Counted from the stretch's first letter, positions 16,417-25,436 are shown. The stretch is DNA of 46,602 nucleotides from an uncultured Bdellovibrionales bacterium (GCA_964603325.1 CAZRUH010000001.1:5452-52053), one strand, 5' to 3'. A program made the numbers and translations. The notes: a model not told the origin generated them from the letters alone.

Positions 16417-17001
16417 TTACAAGCTTTTTCTTATTTTTTCAAAAACTTTTTCTATGGAATCATTTCCGTCTATAATTTTCCAGTGCCAAACATGACGCTT
16501 ATTATTAAAAATTGTATTTTTGATTTTCAAATACTTCAATCCTTGTTTGGGACGGCGACTTCTTTTAATTATTTCTTGCGGATTTGTTTTTATGTAAAAA
16601 GAAATTAAATCGTATTTCCTCAAAATGTGATCAATCGGCAAATTAAAATTTTTTCCACTTAAATATTCAATGTTTACGATTATATCATAAAAAAAACGAT
16701 CCGATAAAATAAAATCAAATTTTTTTTTGGCTAATTTTTCGGTTAGTTTCCTAAATCGCAAAATATCAACATAGAGAGCGATTTTTCTTAATTGAATGGT
16801 TAATTGATTTGCTTTCGTAATTCCGGTGTCGGTTTTTTTATTTTTTTTGTGCTTCCAAAAAAAAACCTTATTGCCTATAGAAAAGTCAATAGCATGAAAA
16901 TAAAATATTTTTTTGTTTTTTTTGGATAAATATTCTTTTAAGATATTTAATTGCGTTGATTTTCCCGATCCGTCCAATCCTGATATGGTAATGATTTTCA
17001 T
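16417..17001 (-). CDS. P-loop kinase, thymidylate-kinase-like but non-canonical
   Basis: Walker A is ISGLDGSGKSTQ. DR-type motif is LSDRFFYD. I could not find the canonical Tmk REPGGT nucleotide-binding motif. Only 3 nt separate it from rtcB. Confidence 0.55.
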   Translation of the reverse strand: MKIITISGLDGSGKSTQLNILKEYLSKKNKKIFYFHAIDFSIGNKVFFWKHKKNKKTDTGITKANQLTIQLRKIALYVDILRFRKLTEKLAKKKFDFILSDRFFYDIIVNIEYLSGKNFNLPIDHILRKYDLISFYIKTNPQEIIKRSRRPKQGLKYLKIKNTIFNNKRHVWHWKIIDGNDSIEKVFEKIRKSL

Positions 17002-17004
17002 AAT

Positions 17005-18486
17005 TTAATACATTAAAACTGCTACCGGTTGCATCTTTGCAACAGTGTTCACAATATTATTTGCTTCCATGCCGGAAATTACCTCTTCCACATCTTTGTA
17101 ATAAGCGCTGTCTTGCAATATAACTCCTTTGGATCGGGCATTGTATAATCTGACATTTGATTTTCTTGCATTATTAAAGAGTTGTTTTTTATTTTCTGGT
17201 ATATTATTTCCGGTATTTGCTTTTCTGCCTGTTCCATGAGAAGCGGAGAAAAAAGAACTCTCATTTTTATTTGTGCCAATTCCAATGTATGCGGGCGTAG
17301 TCATTGAAGAGGGAACAAAAACGGGTTCGCCGGTTTTTTCAAAAAGCTTATGTTTGCCACGCATTCTTTCCGGTCCGTTGGCACGAACAGTTCCATTGCG
17401 ATGAACCCAAATATATTTTCCGTAATGTTTTTCTTTCCTTATCATTATATGAGGCATATCATATAGTAGGTCTAATTCTGCCGATTCCCCGAAAACTTTT
17501 TCAATAGCTTGGTCTAAATGATGGTTTAATAACAGCCGATTGGCAAATCCAAAATTTGCAGAAACTTGATGTGCGGTTAAAAACATTTTTCCGACAGTGC
17601 TGTTTTCATCATAACCAAAAAAATCTGGCTTGTTTTGGTATTCTTTTATTCTTTTGGCAATTTCAAAATATTCTTCTTTGTATTTACTTCGCCAGGTTTT
17701 CAATCCCAATTCCAGAATTATTTTTTGACTGAGGTGTTCTTTAGCTTTGGGAGTGTACATATAAGAGGCGTATTGGCCGAGTAATCCGGAGCCGGTGTGC
17801 ATTAGAAAAATATATTGACCCTTTTTTAAATTAAATTTTTCAGCAATTTCGGAGTTTTTAATTTCGGTTATTTTCATTAAATCTAAAAAGTGATTACCGG
17901 CGGCACCAAGAATGCCGGAGCGATACTTGGCAATATGTAAAAACAATTTTGGGATAGCATCAAAAATATCTTGATCAGAAATATTTTCTTTCGTAATCAT
18001 ATTGCCACCATCAAAAGTATTTTCAATTTCATTTTTAGTGCGAGTTTGGAACTTTTCTTGCAGAGGAGCAGAGCCGTATTTGGCAACATTCATTACATCT
18101 TTAAAGCTCAGCTTTGTTCCAATGTATTTTTTTGTGGGAATTACTTTAACTAATTCTTGAAAAAGTTCATCAATTTTTTCAGTGGTTAAATTTTCTTCAT
18201 CAAAATTGGTGCGAATAAAACGCATTCCGCAATTTGGAGCCGTGTCATTTATTTGCGGCAATAGATATTTTTTCGTGGCAACAATTGTTCCGGTTGGATT
18301 TTTGCGACCTTTTTTTGGATGAACATCACTCATTGCGGCAATATGTGAAAACAACCTTTCATCTTTAGCGAGATTTTCTAATTGATTATAGGTTTCTTTG
18401 TTTGGTAATAATTTCTTTGAAGCATGAAAAATTACCGGCACTTTCATTTGCTTCGTTTGGAATTTAATTTTTTGTATAGTTGACAT
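17005..18486 (-). CDS. rtcB: RNA 3'-phosphate/2',3'-cyclic-phosphate ligase RtcB
   Basis: RtcB metal and GMP-site motifs are present: MSDVHPKKG, APNCGMR, NHFLDL, HTGSGLLGQ, ANFGFANR, VHRNG, PSSMTTPAY, SASHGTGR. Confidence 0.85.
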   Translation of the reverse strand: MSTIQKIKFQTKQMKVPVIFHASKKLLPNKETYNQLENLAKDERLFSHIAAMSDVHPKKGRKNPTGTIVATKKYLLPQINDTAPNCGMRFIRTNFDEENLTTEKIDELFQELVKVIPTKKYIGTKLSFKDVMNVAKYGSAPLQEKFQTRTKNEIENTFDGGNMITKENISDQDIFDAIPKLFLHIAKYRSGILGAAGNHFLDLMKITEIKNSEIAEKFNLKKGQYIFLMHTGSGLLGQYASYMYTPKAKEHLSQKIILELGLKTWRSKYKEEYFEIAKRIKEYQNKPDFFGYDENSTVGKMFLTAHQVSANFGFANRLLLNHHLDQAIEKVFGESAELDLLYDMPHIMIRKEKHYGKYIWVHRNGTVRANGPERMRGKHKLFEKTGEPVFVPSSMTTPAYIGIGTNKNESSFFSASHGTGRKANTGNNIPENKKQLFNNARKSNVRLYNARSKGVILQDSAYYKDVEEVISGMEANNIVNTVAKMQPVAVLMY

Positions 18487-18928
18487 ATGTTTGAAATAAT
18501 GTTAACTTTCATCGTCATGGTTATTTAACAATTAAATTTTAACACATCAAAGGCGGTGTGTTAAGAGCAAGGATACATTGTGGGAAATAAAAATGAAAAT
18601 TTTTAAAAAAATTCTCCAAAATATTTTTAATTTGGGATTGTATATGAATATTGTGGCATTATTATTGTAACCAATTCATATTTTTTAAGTAAAAGTACGG
18701 ATGTAGATTATTTTTTTTTATTTTTCAGTCGGCTATTAGTCTACATGGAAAACTCAACTTGGAATCAACTCCAATGTTTCTTGACATGGGAGGTAGCGCA
18801 GTAATTTCGCTAATTGCCGTGATTCTATACTATATTTATCAATAATTTTTTGAAATAGATACAGGATTTGTGAAATATTACAAATTTTTTATTAATTGAT
18901 TTTGTAAAAAATAATAATTTTTCATTTT

Positions 18929-20065
18929 TTACAAAGATTTATAAAGTTTTGTATATTCTTTGTCAGCCCTTTTAATACTGAAATTTTCTAAAACATATTG
19001 GCGAGCTTGCTTACCAATCGCTAATCTTTTTTCTTTATTATCGTGAAGTTCTAAAATTGCTTGAGTTAATTCATCAACATTCCCGGCTTCAACGGTTAGA
19101 GAGTTTTTTTTATTAGCGAACTCTTTTAAAATTGGAATATTGGAAAGAATAACCGGCTTTTCGCAAGCCATCGCTTCAATAACTGCTAGAGGAACATCAA
19201 ATTTTCCTCTCATATTTTCAACAGGAAAAAGACTGATATCGCAAAGATTGTAAATATCGGACATTTTGTAGTTGCCATCGTCATGAAAAGAAACATTTTT
19301 TAGCAAATTGTACTTTTTTAATTTGGCAATAACTTTATTTTTTTTATGAGCGTCTTTTTTATTTTTCACCCTAACCGCTAGTGATAATTTGAGTTTGGGA
19401 ATTTTTTTAGAGGCACCTATAAAGGCATCTATAACGCTATCCATTGCTCCCAGTCGTACATATTCACCGGAAAAATTAATAATAAAATCGGAATCACTAA
19501 ACTTAAATTTATCTAATAATTTTTTATTTTTAGTTCTTAATTTGTAATTTTTTAAATCAATTCCGGGATAAACCTTGTAAACATTATTGAGATTTAGTGC
19601 TTCTAATTTTCTTTTAGCATACTCTGAATAAGTAGTGATAACATCACCAAACATCATTTTCTTGATTTTTTTATCGGAAAAAATATCTTCACGGATAGTG
19701 GCAACAGTCTGAATTGATTTTGATTTTTTCCCGAAAATTTTTTTAACTAAAAAAGAACTCAATGGCGTCGGTGTAAAAAAATAATGAACAATATCAAATT
19801 TCTTTTTATTTTTAAATTGAAAATTTAAGGCTTTTAATTTTTGAGAAAAACTAAAATCATTCTGTGAGGAAGTATAAATTGGATGCTGAATAATATTTTT
19901 CGGTAAATTTGGCAAGATGCCTTTGGTCATTAAATGAATTTCCAAATCGGAATTGTTTTTAGCAACTTCTTTTGCCAAATTATAAGCAAAGTTTTTACTG
20001 GCCTCATCCCATGGAGGAGCGATTGGACGAGAAACAAATAATATTTTTACTTTATCTTTTGTCAT
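18929..20065 (-). CDS. Glycosyltransferase, GT-B fold (family 4/1-like)
   Basis: The N-terminus ILFVSRPIAPPWDEASKNFAYNLA and the C-terminal segment DISLFPVENMRGKFDVPLAVIEAMACEKPVILSN resemble Glycos_transf_1. Confidence 0.7.
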   Translation of the reverse strand: MTKDKVKILFVSRPIAPPWDEASKNFAYNLAKEVAKNNSDLEIHLMTKGILPNLPKNIIQHPIYTSSQNDFSFSQKLKALNFQFKNKKKFDIVHYFFTPTPLSSFLVKKIFGKKSKSIQTVATIREDIFSDKKIKKMMFGDVITTYSEYAKRKLEALNLNNVYKVYPGIDLKNYKLRTKNKKLLDKFKFSDSDFIINFSGEYVRLGAMDSVIDAFIGASKKIPKLKLSLAVRVKNKKDAHKKNKVIAKLKKYNLLKNVSFHDDGNYKMSDIYNLCDISLFPVENMRGKFDVPLAVIEAMACEKPVILSNIPILKEFANKKNSLTVEAGNVDELTQAILELHDNKEKRLAIGKQARQYVLENFSIKRADKEYTKLYKSL

Positions 20066-20075
20066 TTTATTGTTG

Positions 20076-22070
20076 TTAAATCGTATTAATCGGTTCTATA
20101 TCTATTATCCAACCGGATTTTAATGATTTAATAATTGTTATCAATTTTTTAGGAATTTTAGGATAATTTTTAGTTTTGATGAGTATTTGCCGGCGATAAC
20201 GGCCACGAATTTTCGGGTTTAAAGGTTCTTGTGGTGGATAAATTTGCAAATTGGAGTTTTGTTTAATGCTGGATATCCTTTCGTAAACAGCTTGAGTTTC
20301 TTTGATACTCAAAGTCTTATCATAGTTTTGAAAGACTAATTTAATAATATGCATAAATGGAGGATAATTCAAGGCGCGTCGTTGCTTGATTTCATATTGG
20401 TAAAAACTCGTGTATTTTTTTTCACTTGCCCATTGAATTATTTTATTTTCCGGGTGATAGGTTTGGATGATCGCTGTTCCTGAGAAAATAGAATTGGTGC
20501 GATTAATTCTACCGACAGCTTGCGAGATCAGAGAAAAGGCAATCTCATCAGTATAAAAATCAGGAAAGCCAAATAGGCTGTCGGCATCAACTATTCCCAC
20601 CAAGCCAACATTTGGCAAATCCCATGCCTTAGTTATCATTTGAGTTCCGACAAGAATATCTATTTTTTTTTGAGAAAAATCTTGCCAAAGTTTTTCTTGC
20701 GCGTGAGTGGTTTTTAAAGAGGAAGAGTCAGCTCGTGCAATCTTTGCGCTTGGAAAAAGTTTATTAATTTCCACTTCAATTTTTTCAGTTCCCAGTCCGA
20801 TATTTTTAAAAATCATTTCTTGGCAATTGGGACAAACCGGAAAATCTCCGGCTTCAAATTTGCAATGCAAACATTCGTAATTCCCTTTATTCCTATAAGT
20901 AAGCGCTCGTTCACAATCGGGGCATTTTAGAACTTCTTTGCAATTAGCGCAAATCGTAAAAGAACTCATTCCTTGTTTATTGATAAAGAGAATAATTTGT
21001 CGTTTGTGTTTCAAATTATAGCGCACTTCGTTTTTCAATTCTTTGGAAAGCGGTGAGACAGTTTTAATTTTCTTCCAATTATCCCAATGTTCTTTTCTCA
21101 AATCAACAATTATGTTTCTTTCGGAAGTATCGTTTTTAGAAATCTTGTCTAAAGTTAAAAGTTTTATTTTTCTTTTCTTAGCTTGATAATAAGTTTCTAT
21201 TCGCGGAGTGGCTGAGCCAAAAACCAACTTGCAATTAAAAACTTTTGCAAGTTCAACAGACACTGTTCTGGAATCATAGCGAGGATTCATATCCCATTGT
21301 TTGTGCGAAATGTCGTGCTCTTCGTCAATTATGATGAGTTTTAAATTTTTAAAAGGAGCGAAAACCGCTTGACGAGTTCCAATAACTATCTTTGCTTTTC
21401 CTGATTTAACTCTATTCCAATTTTTGTAAAACTGTCCTTTTGTAATTTTACTGTGAAGAACGACTACCTCTTTCCCGAATTCTTTTCCATAGCGTTCTAT
21501 TTCTTGAGCGATGCCGGTTAATTCTGGCAATAAAATCAATGCTTGGGAATTTCTGGATTTTATCATTTTCTTTATAATTTCAAAGTATACTTGTGTCTTT
21601 CCGGAAGAAGATTCGCCGAACAATAAAAATTTAGAATATTTTTTACTGGTGGTAATAATAGAAATAGCCAATTTTTGTTGAGAGGTTAGAATAACTTTTT
21701 CTTGGGAGGCACTATTTTTTGAATTGGTTTTTTTGCGACTACCGACTATGTTTGGAACAAATTTTTTTAAAGCAATTCCCAAAGAACAAACATAATATTC
21801 AGAAATAAAAGAGGCTAAGGATATTTGTTTCTTGGTTAAAAAATTTTTTTCAACAATTTGTTTAATTTTTTTCAATTGAATGTTTCCTTCTCGGAGGAAA
21901 TCGTTTTTATTATTTATAACAATTCCTTTAATTTTTCTTTTTCCAAAAGGAATTTCAACTAAGGTTCCAAAAGGAATTTTTTCAAAATAGAGATAATGAA
22001 AAAAAGCATTCCGAGACGGAGGAATTTTTATTAGTGGTACAATGGTAATAATATGTTTGTATTTTTTCAT
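20076..22070 (-). CDS. priA: Primosomal protein N' (replication restart helicase PriA)
   Basis: Walker A is GESSSGKTQVY. DExH box is IIDEEHD. Zn-binding Cys cluster is CANCKEVLKCPDCERALTYRNKGNYECLHCKFEAGDFPVCPNC. Contains the QVGRINR-like SQAVGRINR. Confidence 0.9.
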   Translation of the reverse strand: MKKYKHIITIVPLIKIPPSRNAFFHYLYFEKIPFGTLVEIPFGKRKIKGIVINNKNDFLREGNIQLKKIKQIVEKNFLTKKQISLASFISEYYVCSLGIALKKFVPNIVGSRKKTNSKNSASQEKVILTSQQKLAISIITTSKKYSKFLLFGESSSGKTQVYFEIIKKMIKSRNSQALILLPELTGIAQEIERYGKEFGKEVVVLHSKITKGQFYKNWNRVKSGKAKIVIGTRQAVFAPFKNLKLIIIDEEHDISHKQWDMNPRYDSRTVSVELAKVFNCKLVFGSATPRIETYYQAKKRKIKLLTLDKISKNDTSERNIIVDLRKEHWDNWKKIKTVSPLSKELKNEVRYNLKHKRQIILFINKQGMSSFTICANCKEVLKCPDCERALTYRNKGNYECLHCKFEAGDFPVCPNCQEMIFKNIGLGTEKIEVEINKLFPSAKIARADSSSLKTTHAQEKLWQDFSQKKIDILVGTQMITKAWDLPNVGLVGIVDADSLFGFPDFYTDEIAFSLISQAVGRINRTNSIFSGTAIIQTYHPENKIIQWASEKKYTSFYQYEIKQRRALNYPPFMHIIKLVFQNYDKTLSIKETQAVYERISSIKQNSNLQIYPPQEPLNPKIRGRYRRQILIKTKNYPKIPKKLITIIKSLKSGWIIDIEPINTI

Positions 22071-22234
22071 ATCAATATATTAACATATGAAAAGTATAAT
22101 TAATATATTTTTTAAAAGTTTAATCTGATGGGAATATATATTTAGACTAGTGAAACAGTAGATGGTAAAACTTCTCTGGGAAACATTGAAAGTTTGGCGG
22201 AGTTGTCTGTGAAGTGGTTATTTTGTATATTTTC

Positions 22235-22263
22235 TTGACAAATTTTTAAAAATATGCTACTTT
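22235..22263 (+). promoter_or_regulatory. Candidate promoter for the surface-protein/sortase operon
   Basis: TTGACA at 22235-22240, a 17-nt spacer, then TACTTT at 22258-22263. The -10 element is weak. Confidence 0.3.
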
Positions 22264-22315
22264 TCAGAGTTAAAATTATTAAATATTAAATTCGGGTGAA
22301 TGTTCTTGTTTTTTA

Positions 22316-24364
22316 ATGGGAACATTGGCGCTGGTCAAAAGTATGGTGAAATTTAGTAAGATATTTTTATTAATGTCGCTTGTCTTGTTGGGCAATGTTT
22401 CTGCGGTCAAGTTTGCAAAAGCGGCTACAACCTACAATTTCAATGAACTATATCTTTGCACAATAAACAAGGATCTTTGTTCTCCGCAAAAAACAAGAAC
22501 CGTAAACGTTTCTCAAGAAGGAGATTATTCTTTGCGTGTAACCGTGGAAAGAGGAAATGATCTTTCAAGGCATGAGTGTCAAGATCAAGAATCGTTTTAT
22601 ATGGTGATTAATGGGCAAAGGACTTCCACCGTTAATGATCCTGATAGGTGTGAATGGCAAGGAACGGTAAAGACGCAATCCGTTTCCGGAAGGTATCATT
22701 TTAACAGAGGGAATAATACAATAGTTTTTCATCATGCTTATAATTTGGCGCAAGCTGAAAGCGTAGAAAGTTTAACGGTGAAAAGTTTGGAAATTACCAG
22801 AATCCCAAATCCAATAGATGGTCAATGCGGAACGGCAAATGGAAAAACTTATAACTCAAGACCAAACGATAATCTTTGTTCGGTTGGAACTCCTTCGGAT
22901 GTTTTTGGTTTTGGTCCGTGGACATGGCAATGTTCCGGGTATGATGGTGGTAGAACTGTTAATTGTTCTGCTGATATAGTGAATCCTTCTTGCGGAACGG
23001 CAAACGGAAGAACATTTTCATCAGCACCAAATAGCAATCTTTGTTCTGTAGGATCACATACCTCAGTAAGAGAAAGTGATGATACATGGGACTGGCAATG
23101 TGTAAAGGGAACAAAAAGAGTTTCTTGTCAGGCAAACAAGTATGTTCCGGTTTGTGGAAATGATATAGTTGATAGTGGTGAACAATGCGATGATGGAAAC
23201 AATCAAGATGGTGATGGTTGCAGTTCTTCTTGCAGAACAGAAGGAACTTCTATAAGGATAGATAAAAATGATAATGACAATGGAGATGATCAACAAAATA
23301 TAGAAAGAAACGGGGTGGCGGAATTTAAAATAGAGATTACCAATGTGGGAGAAAGGTCATTAGAGAATGTTGTTGTTAGAGATGAAAGAACTCCCTCTTG
23401 CAGTAAAACTGCGAATGAAACCAGAGCATTATATAGTGGTGATTATTTATCTCCGGGAGAAAGTTTTTCTTATACTTGCTCCAACAACAATGTTCTTTCC
23501 GGATATACAAATGTGGCAAGAGTTATTGCTGACGGAATAAACGGTGGCAACAGCGTTACTGATAGTGATACAAGCAATGTTTCTGTTTTTATTCCGGAAT
23601 CTTGTGGTGATGGCGCAATAAATCAGCCATCGGAACAGTGTGACAACGGTTCTGATAATGGGAATGTTTGCTTGCCTGAATATGGGGGAAGTTGTCAGTA
23701 TTGTTCTTCAACTTGTGAATTGATTACATTGAATGGAGGAAATTGTGGTAATGGGGAGATTGATGGAAATGAACAATGCGATGATGGAAACAATCAAGAT
23801 GGTGATGGTTGCAGTTCTTCTTGCAGAATAGAAGAAACTCCGGAGCCAACTCCGGAACCAACTCCGGAACCAACCCCGGAGAAAACTAAAAAATGTAAGG
23901 GAACCATCGGAAATTACATTTGGCTAGATATTAATGGTGACGGAAAACAAGATGCCAATGAAAAGGGAATTAAGAATATCAGGTTAAAATTAAAATGGGC
24001 CGGTAAAGATGGAAAATGGGGAAACTCAGATGATAAAACGTGGAAAACTCACACCAATAAAAAGGGTCGTTACGTTTTTGAAAATCTTTGTAAAGGAAAA
24101 TACAAATTATATGTAAATGATTTAGATACCAAAAAATATTCTAAAACCTATGACCCGGATGGAAAGAAGGATAATAAAACCAAGATTAAGCTAAAAACCA
24201 GAAAAGATGAGTATACTAAGGCTGATTTTGGTTATAATAAAAAGAAAACCACTCCGGCTACCGGAGCGGGAGAAATAGCATTATATCTTTCAGGATTGCT
24301 TTCTTTTGTAGGATTTCTTTCTTATAAACAATATCAGAGCAAGGCAATTCAAATTAAAAAATAA
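22316..24364 (+). CDS. Large Cys-rich multidomain cell-surface protein with a C-terminal sortase sorting signal
   Basis: Signal peptide is MVKFSKIFLLMSLVLLGNVSAVKFAKA. Has 2 copies of a ~48-aa repeat: CGTANG[KR]T[YF].S.PN.NLCSVG...W.WQC..V.C.A. Has 2 copies of EQCDDGNNQDGDGCSSSCR, which is Myxococcus-type Cys-rich-repeat-like. A DUF11/CARDB-like segment is ITNVGERSLENVVVRDE. The TPEP linker precedes an SdrD-B-like domain (GNYIWLDINGDGKQDANEKGIKNIRLKL..GRYVFENL). The C-terminus is TPATG, then a hydrophobic helix, then KQYQSKAIQIKK. Confidence 0.8.
   Translation: MGTLALVKSMVKFSKIFLLMSLVLLGNVSAVKFAKAATTYNFNELYLCTINKDLCSPQKTRTVNVSQEGDYSLRVTVERGNDLSRHECQDQESFYMVINGQRTSTVNDPDRCEWQGTVKTQSVSGRYHFNRGNNTIVFHHAYNLAQAESVESLTVKSLEITRIPNPIDGQCGTANGKTYNSRPNDNLCSVGTPSDVFGFGPWTWQCSGYDGGRTVNCSADIVNPSCGTANGRTFSSAPNSNLCSVGSHTSVRESDDTWDWQCVKGTKRVSCQANKYVPVCGNDIVDSGEQCDDGNNQDGDGCSSSCRTEGTSIRIDKNDNDNGDDQQNIERNGVAEFKIEITNVGERSLENVVVRDERTPSCSKTANETRALYSGDYLSPGESFSYTCSNNNVLSGYTNVARVIADGINGGNSVTDSDTSNVSVFIPESCGDGAINQPSEQCDNGSDNGNVCLPEYGGSCQYCSSTCELITLNGGNCGNGEIDGNEQCDDGNNQDGDGCSSSCRIEETPEPTPEPTPEPTPEKTKKCKGTIGNYIWLDINGDGKQDANEKGIKNIRLKLKWAGKDGKWGNSDDKTWKTHTNKKGRYVFENLCKGKYKLYVNDLDTKKYSKTYDPDGKKDNKTKIKLKTRKDEYTKADFGYNKKKTTPATGAGEIALYLSGLLSFVGFLSYKQYQSKAIQIKK
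23179..23237 (+). repeat. Copy 1 of a 59-nt perfect direct repeat inside the surface-protein gene
   Basis: TGAACAATGCGATGATGGAAACAATCAAGATGGTGATGGTTGCAGTTCTTCTTGCAGAA is identical to 23770..23828. Confidence 0.9.
23770..23828 (+). repeat. Copy 2 of the 59-nt perfect direct repeat
   Basis: Base-for-base identical to 23179..23237 by manual comparison. The copies are offset by 591 nt, which keeps them in frame. Confidence 0.9.
23837..23881 (+). repeat. Tandem 12-nt repeat encoding the (TPEP)n linker
   Basis: ACTCCGGAGCCA ACTCCGGAACCA ACTCCGGAACCA ACCCCGGAG encodes TPEPTPEPTPEPTPE. Confidence 0.85.
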
Positions 24365-24422
24365 ATGGTTTTATAAAAAACAATGATCTCGCTTTGGGAC
24401 TGTTGTTTGGAGAGAGAAATAT

Positions 24423-25436
24423 ATGAACACTTTCAGAAAAAAAGTAAAGTGGATGACGCTGTTTGGCATCTTGACATTTATCATTTTTTATTTGATTAAT
24501 TCTGATGTCAACTCACTTAAAAAGACATTTTGCGATTCTTATTGCGATGAATACAATTATGTAAAAAACAAAGAAATTCCTCAGTATTGGTTGGATAAAT
24601 ATGGAATTGAAATTAAAGATGAAAGCGATTTAACGGCGGATATTGATAATGATGGATTAATCTTAAGACAAGAGTATAAATATTTTACCAATCCGCTTAA
24701 TCCGGACACGGACGGCGATGGGTATAAAGACGGGAAAGAGGTTCGTGATGGGTACAATCCTTTGGGGGAGGGTAGATTGGATATTGATGGTGATAGATTG
24801 CCCGATAATTGGGAAGAAAAATATGGCTTGAGTTTAAGTGATAACGATTATAATTTAGATCCGGATAACGATGGCTTGTTGAATTATTTGGAATATAAGT
24901 ACGGGACAAATCCACTGGAGGCGGATACGGACGGAGATGGCTACAATGATTTACATGAGATAAGAAATGGCTATGATCCGGATGCTCCCGGAAGTTTAAG
25001 ACCGGAATATACTTTAATTATCAAAAAAATAAAGGTGTCTGTTCCCATTATTTGGTCAAAGAGTTTTTTGGAGGATGATATGTTGGAAGAATTAAAGAGT
25101 GGTGTTGTTTTGTATCCAAAAACCGGAGTTCCCGGACAAAATGGAAATGCGGTAATTTCCGGACATAGTAGTAATTATATCTGGGTAAAAGGAAAATACA
25201 ATTATGTTTTTCGCAAATTAAATAATTTAAAAATTGGAGATAAGATAAACATTAAGGTCAAACAAAAGAACGGAAAAGAATTTAATTATAATTATATAGT
25301 TTCAATGAAGAAGGTTGTTGTTGCTGATGATGGCAAAATTTTTGCTGAGACTAAAAAGCCGGCAATAACATTGGTTACTTGTTGGCCTCTTGGAACTAAT
25401 TGGAAAAGATTGATGGTTAGAGCATATATTGAATAA
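24423..25436 (+). CDS. Sortase (transpeptidase) with an N-terminal TM anchor and thrombospondin-type-3-like Ca-binding repeats
   Basis: Catalytic Cys motif is PAITLVTCWP. His motif is NAVISGHSS. C-terminal Arg is KRLMVRAY. The N-terminal half carries DIDNDGL..NPLNPDTDGDGYKDGKE and DPDNDGLLNYLEYKYGTNPLEADTDGDGYNDLHE. GGAGAGAG lies upstream of the ATG. Confidence 0.85.
   Translation: MNTFRKKVKWMTLFGILTFIIFYLINSDVNSLKKTFCDSYCDEYNYVKNKEIPQYWLDKYGIEIKDESDLTADIDNDGLILRQEYKYFTNPLNPDTDGDGYKDGKEVRDGYNPLGEGRLDIDGDRLPDNWEEKYGLSLSDNDYNLDPDNDGLLNYLEYKYGTNPLEADTDGDGYNDLHEIRNGYDPDAPGSLRPEYTLIIKKIKVSVPIIWSKSFLEDDMLEELKSGVVLYPKTGVPGQNGNAVISGHSSNYIWVKGKYNYVFRKLNNLKIGDKINIKVKQKNGKEFNYNYIVSMKKVVVADDGKIFAETKKPAITLVTCWPLGTNWKRLMVRAYIE

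Noticed and set aside
23179-23828. The 59-nt repeat pair as a diversity-generating retroelement template/variable repeat.
   Set aside because: The copies are perfectly identical, with no adenine-specific mismatches. Both lie within the same coding gene, and no reverse transcriptase is present in the window.
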